A DNA stretch of 64,000 nt from a bacterium (GTDB taxonomy: Bacteria > Elusimicrobiota > Elusimicrobia > UBA1565 > UBA9628), in contig JAJZAK010000007.1 of assembly GCA_021799485.1 (NCBI GenBank), positions 13,472 to 77,471 on the forward strand. The letters are read 5' to 3'. Shown piece after piece: positions 32,872 through 40,070 of the stretch. Numbering within the stretch: the stretch's first letter is position 1; each line of letters opens with the position of its first letter. Under the pieces are notes generated by a model. That model was given only the letters and a program-made list of their open reading frames with translations, was not told the DNA's origin and ran no database searches. The translations under genes and the position numbers were made by a program.

Positions 32872-33288
32872 CTAGCGGCTTTTGCCCCCCATGCGGTTGA
32901 AGGCCGCTCGGGCCTTCTCCGGGCGGTCCACGCATACGACGAGACGCGCCCCTTCCCCCTCGTCCGCGGTCCCGTAGAGACGGACGATCTGGACGTCCTC
33001 GTCGGCAAGCTTGTCGATGATCTTTCGGATCGCCTCGGGATCCATCGGGCATTCCACGATGAATGCCGCGTTCTCAAAGACCTGGTAGCCGGCGTTCTCA
33101 AGCGGTCGGCGCACCGCTCCCGCATCCTTGTCCGCCTGGAAATGGATGTAGGACATCTCCCCGTACGTTTGGGATGCGATTCCGCTGAGGTTGACGCCCA
33201 CCTCGGATAGGATTTGCGCCATTCTGAAAAGCGTTCCCGGCTGGTTGCGCACGGGGACGCTGAACTGCGTTATCTTCTGCTCCGCCAT
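32872..33288 (-). CDS. ACT domain-containing protein (tandem paralogue 1)
   Basis: A strong SD (AAGGAGG) lies 5 nt before ATG 33288. ITQFSVPVRNQPGTLFRMAQILSEVGVNLSGI.. and FIVECPMDPEAIRKIIDKLADEDVQIVRLYG parallel the neighbouring paralogue. Confidence 0.7.
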   Translation of the reverse strand: MAEQKITQFSVPVRNQPGTLFRMAQILSEVGVNLSGIASQTYGEMSYIHFQADKDAGAVRRPLENAGYQVFENAAFIVECPMDPEAIRKIIDKLADEDVQIVRLYGTADEGEGARLVVCVDRPEKARAAFNRMGGKSR

Positions 33289-33319
33289 CGATTCCTCCTT
33301 GTGTGCCGCGTCGATGTTA

Positions 33320-33715
33320 TTAGGATGAGGCATCGGAAGCCCTCCCGGGTTCCAAGGCCACCAAGAAATTTCTCGGCGCTGCCGAGAGGACCAGGCCTTC
33401 GGGGGTCCTCACGCGGGCCGACACTTGATGCGGTCCGGATTTGTATCCCGACCACTCATAGCAGTAGCCGCCGTCCTCTCCTCGGCAGGCCTGGACGGCG
33501 CCTTTGTCGATGCGAATCTCCACCCGGCAGGGGCGGGAGGCGATTTTGGCCCCCAGCGCGATGCGAAGCGTGTAGACGGAGCTGGTGATGCGTTCGTTTT
33601 CCCGCGGTCTTTCAAGCGCGACGGGGCCCGCGGGAAGGGAGGGCTGCGTCGCTGGGTGATCGGTTGGCATGAGGGTCATGGCTACATTGTAGGCGCGACG
33701 CCTGTTCAAGGCCAT
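33320..33715 (-). CDS. Hypothetical small protein
   Basis: 131-aa ORF with GC-rich third positions, filling the gap between the OmpR-type regulator and the ACT genes. I recognised no family motif. The start could be the internal ATG (MTLMPTD). Confidence 0.4.
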   Translation of the reverse strand: MALNRRRAYNVAMTLMPTDHPATQPSLPAGPVALERPRENERITSSVYTLRIALGAKIASRPCRVEIRIDKGAVQACRGEDGGYCYEWSGYKSGPHQVSARVRTPEGLVLSAAPRNFLVALEPGRASDASS

Positions 33716-33813
33716 TGTGGCGCCGTAAACTTATCGTCAAGAAAACGGCCGCGGAGAGCGCGCGCGTCTTCCTCAGCGCGCGGCTTGGATATGACGGAGG
33801 CGTGACGACGCGG

Positions 33814-34521
33814 TTACGAGCGCGCGGGGGATGAGAGGAACTTGTAGCCCGCGGTGGCGACCGTCATGATGCGTTCGCGCTCGGACTTAAGCTTGCGGCG
33901 CAGACGCGCGATGTGCTGGTCGACGGTCCTGGTATCGAGCTGGGACTGCTTGTCGTGGCCCCAGACGCTCTCAAGGATGTGATCGCGGGAGAGGACCTTG
34001 CCCTTGGCCTCGATCAAGAGCTTGAGAAGCGCGAACTCCTTCGGGGTGAGCTGCGCCGGTTCTCCGGAGACCGTGACGTCGTAGCGCGCCCAATCGACCT
34101 GCATCGAGCCGATCGACAGCGCGCCGTTGACGGCGCCGTCCGAGACGACCGAGGCGCGGCGAAGGATGCCCTGGATGCGGGCGAGGAGCTCCCCGACGGA
34201 GAATGGCTTGACCATGTAGTCGTCCGCGCCGAGCCGAAGCCCTAGAATGCGGTCCATCTCCTTGGCCTTGGCGGTGAGGATGAGCACGGGAGTCGAGTTC
34301 TCGCGGCGAATCTGGCGCAGCACTTCGAGCCCGTCCACGTGGGGGAGCATGATGTCGAGGACGACGAAATCGGGCTTCGCCTTATTGAAAAGAGCGAGCG
34401 CGGCCTTTCCGTCCGAGGCGCAGACGACTTCGTAGCCCTCGCGCTTGAGATTGTATTGAAGGGCGTGGCGGATATCTTGTTCGTCCTCGACAAGAAGGAT
34501 CTTTTCTTTGGTCGGTTTCAT
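33814..34521 (-). CDS. OmpR/PhoB-family DNA-binding response regulator
   Basis: The receiver is ILLVEDEQDI..VVLDIMLPHVDG..ILTAK..GADDYMVKPF. The winged-helix output is LTPKEFALLKLL..VLSRDHILESVWG..RTVDQHIARLRRKL. Confidence 0.9.
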   Translation of the reverse strand: MKPTKEKILLVEDEQDIRHALQYNLKREGYEVVCASDGKAALALFNKAKPDFVVLDIMLPHVDGLEVLRQIRRENSTPVLILTAKAKEMDRILGLRLGADDYMVKPFSVGELLARIQGILRRASVVSDGAVNGALSIGSMQVDWARYDVTVSGEPAQLTPKEFALLKLLIEAKGKVLSRDHILESVWGHDKQSQLDTRTVDQHIARLRRKLKSERERIMTVATAGYKFLSSPARS

Positions 34522-34667
34522 GGGAACGGGATGGAAGCGGCTGGCGGATGATGGGATGGGCGTCTCTGGCTAGAGCTGACATCGACAATCATATCTAAAT
34601 TCATAGCCAATTTACATCTGACGCCCGTTGATTTCACGTCGGAATAATCGCAACGTTCCAGCCCGTG

Positions 34668-34697
34668 AATGGCGTCTTAATGCCGGAAGACGCCATT
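34668..34697 (-). terminator. Perfect 11-bp stem / 8-nt loop hairpin spanning the stop codon of the ParB-like gene (possible terminator or mRNA stabiliser; no U-tract)
   Basis: aatggcgtctt (34668-34678), loop aatgccgg, aagacgccatt (34687-34697); the arms are exact reverse complements. No T-run follows on either strand, so the terminator function is uncertain. Confidence 0.3.
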
Positions 34698-35366
34698 GCC
34701 GCCAGCGGGAGCGTAGCCCGGGAGGCTTTCGGCGGCGGGAGCGTGGGCCAGGACGATTCCTTCTTCGACGGCCTTGTTGAATTCGTCCCGGATCATCCCG
34801 CGGGAGATCCGCGGCCTGAGATAATCGGCCCACTGGAATTCGGCGAAGGGGACGCTTGACTTGCGCCAGCCTCCCGCCTTGCGGACGGCGCGAGCCAGGG
34901 AGCGGTAGGGGTCGTCCGTCATCTCGGCCACGGTCCCGGGTAGCTCGGAGGGGCGGAGCGGGCCGCGGCCCTCGTCGTAGAGCCAGACCCATTGCCGTTC
35001 GCTCATGCGGCGCCAGAATTCGTCCTCGGAGAGTCCGCTCCAATCCGCCTTGATGACCGCGACCATGCGGGTTTCTCCGATTTCAAGGAGGGCCCGGGCG
35101 AAGTGGTGCCGGTCGAAGATATAGAAGGCGCCGCCCGGGCCGACGGCGACGGGAGCGGGATGGCCGTCGATGCAGCTTTGAAGTTCTGCGCGAGGCATCC
35201 GGCGCATCTTGTCGGCGCGAGATCGCACTTCGATCATGCCCAGGTTGAACTGCGTCGGCCGCAGCTTTAGAATCGGGGCTTCGATGCGGGTCCCGGCCTC
35301 GGCCTGGGCGAAAGCCCGAGGCGCGCCGAGAGTCGGCGCCAAAACGCACAAAAGCGTCGGGAGCAT
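34677..35366 (-). CDS. Secreted ParB-like nuclease domain protein (ParBc_2-like)
   Basis: The signal peptide is MLPTLLCVLAPTLGAPRAFAQA. It has ILKLRPTQFNLGMIEV and FYIFDRHHFARAL blocks like the putative ParB-like nuclease family. The start was set at the internal ATG 35366. Confidence 0.55.
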   Translation of the reverse strand: MLPTLLCVLAPTLGAPRAFAQAEAGTRIEAPILKLRPTQFNLGMIEVRSRADKMRRMPRAELQSCIDGHPAPVAVGPGGAFYIFDRHHFARALLEIGETRMVAVIKADWSGLSEDEFWRRMSERQWVWLYDEGRGPLRPSELPGTVAEMTDDPYRSLARAVRKAGGWRKSSVPFAEFQWADYLRPRISRGMIRDEFNKAVEEGIVLAHAPAAESLPGYAPAGGNGVFRH

Positions 35367-35457
35367 AGTCTGATAATGATAGAAAATTAAGGATTCTAAA
35401 GGCTCGTGAAAATAATCTAAACTTTGGGCGCAGGAAATCCTTAGAGGAGGTCGCGAG

Positions 35458-35844
35458 ATGCCAACAAAAAGGAATGCTTGCATGGCGGTGGCGCTGGCTT
35501 TTCTGACGGGTTGCGCCACTCTGGCCAACAACAATCAACAAGTCAACATCGACAGCAAGCCCGATCACGCCGACGTGACGATCGGGAAAATTACGGGCGT
35601 GACGCCCATGGCGGTGGGAGTTCCCGGGGGCTGGGGCATACCGCGCAGTATCGAGATCGGCAAGGAAGGCTGGCAGGGGCAAACCGTGGCTGTCGCTCGC
35701 GGTTTTCGAACCAGCGACCTGATCCTGGATATTTTGCCAGGACTCCTTCTGGGGCCCTTCCCTTTGCTGATCGATCTCATGACGGGCGATTTCTACTATG
35801 TCTCGAACACTTCTTATTACGTCCGGCTAAACCCGGTCAAGTAG
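35458..35844 (+). CDS. PEGA-like domain lipoprotein
   Basis: The SD GAGGAGG precedes the ATG. The lipobox is AFLTGC. The PEGA-like segment is VNIDSKPDHADVTIGKITGVTPMAV..IEIGKEGWQGQTVAV. Confidence 0.65.
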   Translation: MPTKRNACMAVALAFLTGCATLANNNQQVNIDSKPDHADVTIGKITGVTPMAVGVPGGWGIPRSIEIGKEGWQGQTVAVARGFRTSDLILDILPGLLLGPFPLLIDLMTGDFYYVSNTSYYVRLNPVK

Positions 35845-35873
35845 GCTCCGGGCAACGGCCTCGATTGATTTTT

Positions 35874-35963
35874 GGAGAGGTGGCCGAGCGGCTTAAGGCG
35901 GCGGTTTGCTAAACCGCTATATCCTGTAAAGGGGTATCGGGGGTTCGAATCCCCCCCTCTCCG
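35874..35963 (+). tRNA. tRNA-Ser (anticodon GCT)
   Basis: Hand-folded cloverleaf. The acceptor stem is GGAGAGG/CCTCTCC. The D-stem has 3 bp (GCC/GGC). The anticodon stem is GCGGT/ACCGC with loop TTGCTAA. There is a long variable arm with a 6-bp stem. The T-arm is GGGGG-TTCGAAT-CCCCC and the discriminator is G. CCA is not encoded. Confidence 0.9.
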
Positions 35964-35996
35964 TTGATCCTTCCTCCGGCCAACAAGAACGCGCGC

Positions 35997-36380
35997 TCAG
36001 CGCTCCGGCAGATAGGAAAGAACCCAGCGGGCGGGCGCCGAGCGCGGGTCGAAGCCGCGGCGGCGCAGGCTCGCGGCCGCCGCTTCCCTCGTGGGACAAT
36101 GCTCGTTCCACCAAGCCTTGATCGGCGGCAGGCCGGTCGAGGGCGGCAAGGAGAATCCCAAATACGTCATGACCCCGACGACGAAGATGATCTCCAGCGT
36201 CAGCTTGAAGGCTTTCGCGCTCATCTCCAAGAGCTTGAGAAGGAGCGCGAAAACGGCGGCCGCGGCGGCGATCTTGACGATGCTTGCAAGATGGGCCTGG
36301 GCGTACGGGGGCCGGTAGAGAACCAGATAGGCAAGGTAGGTGATGCCCCCCAAGACGATCAATCTCCAGAACCTTTTCAT
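35997..36380 (-). CDS. Hypothetical small integral membrane protein (3 predicted TM segments)
   Basis: 127-aa ORF starting 2 nt after the tonB stop. Hydrophobic segments are LIVLGGITYLAYLVL, IAAAAAVFALLLKLL and IIFVVGVMTYLGF. Confidence 0.5.
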   Translation of the reverse strand: MKRFWRLIVLGGITYLAYLVLYRPPYAQAHLASIVKIAAAAAVFALLLKLLEMSAKAFKLTLEIIFVVGVMTYLGFSLPPSTGLPPIKAWWNEHCPTREAAAASLRRRGFDPRSAPARWVLSYLPER

Positions 36381-36381
36381 G

Positions 36382-37071
36382 TTATTGGCTGCTCATTGTC
36401 GCGTGGATTTTAAGGAACGGCTCGCGGAATTCGGACGGCAACGGCGGGTAGGGCTCCCCATCGGCGACCGCCCCTTGGGCGGCCAAGTCAAAAGCGGAGT
36501 CTCCGGAACTCGTTTCGACTTTCAGGTCCGTCACGCGGCCGTCCCGCAGCAACGTGAAGACCACGGTCGCGGCTCCCGGCTGCGAGGGGCGGTCCTTGTT
36601 CCATGAATCCCAGAGCATGGAGCGAAGCCTCGTCAGATACCAGGGCGACGGGAAGTTGATTTCGGTGGAGAGAGCCGGCATGGCCGCGGCACCGGCGGTA
36701 TTGGTCGCCTCGGCGGAGGCGGCAGGAGTCGCGACGGCCTTCAACGAGGCGGACGCCGGACGCGGCGCGACGGCGCGGAGAGAGCCATCGAGCAGGCTCG
36801 GAGGCGGCAGCGGACGGCGGCGCGTGAGAGCGGCGGGGGCCGCGGCTTTCGTGGCGGCCGGAGAGATGACGCGGGCGGAGGGCGGCGCCTGATGGGAGGC
36901 CGACGGCGGCGTGTTCGTCAAGGGAGACGGCGGCCCGACGAAGTCGATCGTGTACGACGGCGAAAAAACGGGAGTTTTTCCTTTTAAAGGAAGGAGGACG
37001 CTCAGGAGAGCGAAATGGGCCAAGCCGGAATTGACGACGTAGGGCCTGAGGGGGTTGGCTTGCGGCGTCAT
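36382..37071 (-). CDS. tonB: Energy transducer TonB
   Basis: It has an N-terminal TM, a Pro/Ala-rich spacer and a C-terminal TonB_C-like domain (ATVVFTLLRDGRVTDLKVETSSGDSAFDLAAQGAV). It follows exbB-exbD. Confidence 0.8.
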   Translation of the reverse strand: MTPQANPLRPYVVNSGLAHFALLSVLLPLKGKTPVFSPSYTIDFVGPPSPLTNTPPSASHQAPPSARVISPAATKAAAPAALTRRRPLPPPSLLDGSLRAVAPRPASASLKAVATPAASAEATNTAGAAAMPALSTEINFPSPWYLTRLRSMLWDSWNKDRPSQPGAATVVFTLLRDGRVTDLKVETSSGDSAFDLAAQGAVADGEPYPPLPSEFREPFLKIHATMSSQ

Positions 37072-37083
37072 GGGATCATCCGT

Positions 37084-37497
37084 CTAGCCGCCCTTGACGC
37101 CCACACCGAGCTTTCCCACGCCCAGCCGCTTTCCAAGATCCAGGACCTGGACCACCTTCTCGACGGCGACGGCGCGGTCGGCCTGGACGAGCAGGCTTTT
37201 CTGGGCCGCTCGGCCCAGCCGCAAGACGAGCTCGGGTTCAAGACGGTCGGCGCGCACGGCGGCGCCGTCGAGGATGAAGTGGCCGTTCCGGTCGATTTGA
37301 ACGACGATGGTTCCGTGGTCCGAGACGGGAGCGGCCGAATGGGCCTTGGGAAGCTTGACCGCGAGCTCCGAGCGAACCAGGATCGGCGTGAGCAACATGA
37401 AGATGACGACCAGGATCAACGAAACGTCGATCAACGGGATGAGGTTGATCTCGCCGAAGCTCCGCAGGCCGCGACGACGCCGAGCGCCGGAAATCAA
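37084..37497 (-). CDS. exbD: Biopolymer transporter ExbD/TolR
   Basis: It has EINLIPLIDVSLILVVIFML. Length is 137 aa. The TTG start overlaps the exbB stop (TTGA). Confidence 0.85.
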   Translation of the reverse strand: MISGARRRRGLRSFGEINLIPLIDVSLILVVIFMLLTPILVRSELAVKLPKAHSAAPVSDHGTIVVQIDRNGHFILDGAAVRADRLEPELVLRLGRAAQKSLLVQADRAVAVEKVVQVLDLGKRLGVGKLGVGVKGG

Positions 37498-38108
37498 TGG
37501 GTCTCCTCGGCCAGCTTCTCGAGAATCTCATCCGAGATCCAATCCATTTCCTGGGCGAAGCCTTGGGCGCGGCGGGCGAGATGGTTGAAGGCGACGACCG
37601 CCGGGATCGCGACGAAGAGCCCCGCGGCCGTGTTGACGAGCGCCTCGGAGATGCCCGCGGCGACGACTCCCGGGCCGGCGCCTGAAGCGAAGGCCAGGTC
37701 CCGGAAGGCCCGGATGACTCCGATCACGGTTCCAAAAAGGCCGATGAAGGGAGCCGTCGCGGCGATCGTCTGGAGGGCATTGAGGCGCTCCTCAAGCGCC
37801 GCGGCGCCGCGTTCGGCTTCTCGGGCCGCCTGGCGCTTGCGCTCCTCGCGGTGCGCCGCGCCGGAAAGGCTCGCCAAAACGACGGACGCGGCAAGCCCCT
37901 TGTAGGCGTGGGCGGCCCTTATTGATTTTGCAAGATCCCCGTCCTTGTTGTTGCGCCGGATCTCCGCGAGAAAATGATCCAACCCACCCAGCGACCGCTT
38001 GTAATAGCGCAGACGCTCCCAAATGAGGGCGATCGAATAGACGGAGAGGGCGACGAGAAACCCGAGGGTCCAGCCTCCCGAGAAAAAGAGGCCTTTGACG
38101 CTCATCAT
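37494..38108 (-). CDS. exbB: MotA/TolQ/ExbB proton channel protein
   Basis: It has three TM segments and a conserved block (TAPFIGLFGTVIGVIRAF..GISEALVNTAAGLFVAIPAVVAFN). Confidence 0.85.
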   Translation of the reverse strand: MMSVKGLFFSGGWTLGFLVALSVYSIALIWERLRYYKRSLGGLDHFLAEIRRNNKDGDLAKSIRAAHAYKGLAASVVLASLSGAAHREERKRQAAREAERGAAALEERLNALQTIAATAPFIGLFGTVIGVIRAFRDLAFASGAGPGVVAAGISEALVNTAAGLFVAIPAVVAFNHLARRAQGFAQEMDWISDEILEKLAEETH

Positions 38109-38182
38109 AGAGACGAATCAATTATGTCAAAAATTCAGCCGACTTTTTCCTATTTTGAACCTTTTTGGTAGTCTATACCGCG

Positions 38183-39193
38183 ATGGCCAAGCAGGGCGAA
38201 GATTCCGATCGCGCCTCCGTGAAGGACCGGGACATGGCGGAGCGCTTCTTTGACGCCAAGAACCAGGTGCTCAAGGAATTTCACTCGGTGATCTTCGGCC
38301 AGGACGAGGCCGTCGAGCAGATACTCATCGCCCTCTTCGCGGGCGGGCATTGCCTGCTCGAGGGGGTGCCCGGCCTCGCTAAAACCCTCATGGTCTCGAC
38401 TCTTTCGCGCCTCCTCAAGCTTCATTTCTCCCGCATCCAGTTCACGCCGGATCTCATGCCGGCCGATATCACGGGTTCCGAGGTTCTTGAGGAGAATCCC
38501 GCGACTCGGGCGCGCTCCTTCCGCTTCATCCAGGGGCCGCTCTTCGCGAACATGATCCTGGCGGACGAAATCAACAGGACGCCCCCCAAAACGCAGTCGG
38601 CTCTCCTCCAAGCCATGCAGGAAGGGCAAGTGACGGTTTCAGGAAACACCTTTTCCCTTCCGCGCCCTTTCTTCGTCATGGCGACGCAAAACCCGATCGA
38701 ACAGGAGGGGACCTACCCGCTTCCCGAGGCCCAGTTGGACCGGTTTTTAATGAAAATTGACATCGGATATCCCACCCTCGCCGAGGAGCTTCGGATCGCC
38801 GCGGAAACGACGGTGCCTCGCGATGCGCAGCCGCCCGGGGTGATCGATGACAAGGACGTGATGGCGTTTAGGGATCTCGTGCTGCGGGTCCCGGCGACCG
38901 ATTCCACCGTGGACTACGCGGTCGGCCTCGCCAGGCGCAGCCGTCCCGCAGACCCCGCCGCTCCGGAGGAGGTCCGGAAGAGCGTCGCCTGGGGCGCGGG
39001 CCCCAGGGCGAGCCAAGCCATGATCTTGGCCGCCAAGTCCCGTGCTCTCTTGTCGGGGCGCGTCGCGGCCTCGATCGAGGATGTCCGTGCGGTCGCGGCC
39101 CCCGTCCTGCGCCACAGAATCATCCTTAATTTCGAGGGCCAGGCGGAAGGCCTGACTTCCGCCGCGGTCATCGAGACGCTGCTCAAGACGTAG
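38183..39193 (+). CDS. MoxR-family AAA+ ATPase
   Basis: It has VIFGQDEAVEQILIALFAGGHCLLEGVPGLAKT (Walker A) and ILADEINRTPPKTQSALLQAMQE (Walker B / sensor). The start was set at ATG 38183. Confidence 0.9.
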   Translation: MAKQGEDSDRASVKDRDMAERFFDAKNQVLKEFHSVIFGQDEAVEQILIALFAGGHCLLEGVPGLAKTLMVSTLSRLLKLHFSRIQFTPDLMPADITGSEVLEENPATRARSFRFIQGPLFANMILADEINRTPPKTQSALLQAMQEGQVTVSGNTFSLPRPFFVMATQNPIEQEGTYPLPEAQLDRFLMKIDIGYPTLAEELRIAAETTVPRDAQPPGVIDDKDVMAFRDLVLRVPATDSTVDYAVGLARRSRPADPAAPEEVRKSVAWGAGPRASQAMILAAKSRALLSGRVAASIEDVRAVAAPVLRHRIILNFEGQAEGLTSAAVIETLLKT

Positions 39194-39196
39194 AAG

Positions 39197-40069
39197 GTGA
39201 GGTACCTCGACGCGCTCGCCCTCGCCAAGCTCCGGCGCCTGAGCCTGCACATCAAGCGTCCCAAGGTGGAGGGGCTCTTGTCGGGCGCGCGCGCGAGCGC
39301 CCTCAAGGGCTCCTCCCAGGAGTTCGCCGAATACCGCGCGTACGCCCCGGGCGACGACCCTCGCCGGCTGGACTGGAAGGTTCTCGCGCGGACGGACCGC
39401 TACTACGTGCGCGAACGCCAGGCGGAATCCATGATGGCGTTTTACGCCTTGCTCGACGGCTCGGGATCGATGGGATACGCGTCGGAGGGCCGGGAGCGAA
39501 AATGGGACTACGCCTGCCGTCTCGGGCTCGCTTTCGCGTACCTCGCCATGGCGGCCAAGGACGCGGCCGGAATCGGCGTCTTCGGAACGCGCCCGGCGGC
39601 CTTCCATCCGCCCCGGCAGGGCTTGGAGCATCTCTCAAGGCTCGACGAGCTTCTAGCGCGTTTCGAGCCCGGAGGGACGTTCCCGACCGGGAGCTTCCCT
39701 TCCGAGGCGGCCTCGCGCGTCGCCGAGCGGTCCCACGTCCTCTTCATCTCCGATTTCCTCGGGAATCCGGAGGATTTTTTCAGGGCCGTGAGGGCCCTGA
39801 AGATGCGCCGGGGCGTTTGGGCGATTCAGATCCTGGACCCCGCCGAGCGCGACTTCGACTTCAGAGGCCCCCTGCTCCTCGAGTCCTTGGAGGACCGTTC
39901 GGCGCTTTCCGTCGAGCCCGCCGGGCTGCGGGAGGAGTACCGCTCCGAATTGGCCCGGCTTGTGCGTTACTACCAAGCCGCCTTCTCGGATTCCCAAATA
40001 CGCTTCGGTGTTTACTTCACCGACGAGCCTTGGGATCGCGCCCTTTCGAGATTCTTGGGCCTCGCCTGA
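39197..40069 (+). CDS. DUF58 domain-containing protein (vWA-fold, MoxR partner)
   Basis: It has GSSQEFAEYRAYAPGDDPRRLDWKVLARTDRYYVRE, the hallmark DUF58 block. It starts with GTG, 3 nt after the moxR stop. Confidence 0.85.
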   Translation: MRYLDALALAKLRRLSLHIKRPKVEGLLSGARASALKGSSQEFAEYRAYAPGDDPRRLDWKVLARTDRYYVRERQAESMMAFYALLDGSGSMGYASEGRERKWDYACRLGLAFAYLAMAAKDAAGIGVFGTRPAAFHPPRQGLEHLSRLDELLARFEPGGTFPTGSFPSEAASRVAERSHVLFISDFLGNPEDFFRAVRALKMRRGVWAIQILDPAERDFDFRGPLLLESLEDRSALSVEPAGLREEYRSELARLVRYYQAAFSDSQIRFGVYFTDEPWDRALSRFLGLA

Positions 40070-40070
40070 C

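Noticed and set aside
35874-36400. tRNA-Ser as a possible integration site of a genomic island
   Set aside because: I could find no integrase, recombinase or direct repeat of the tRNA 3' end nearby. The flanking genes (PEGA lipoprotein, tonB operon) have the same composition as the rest of the window.
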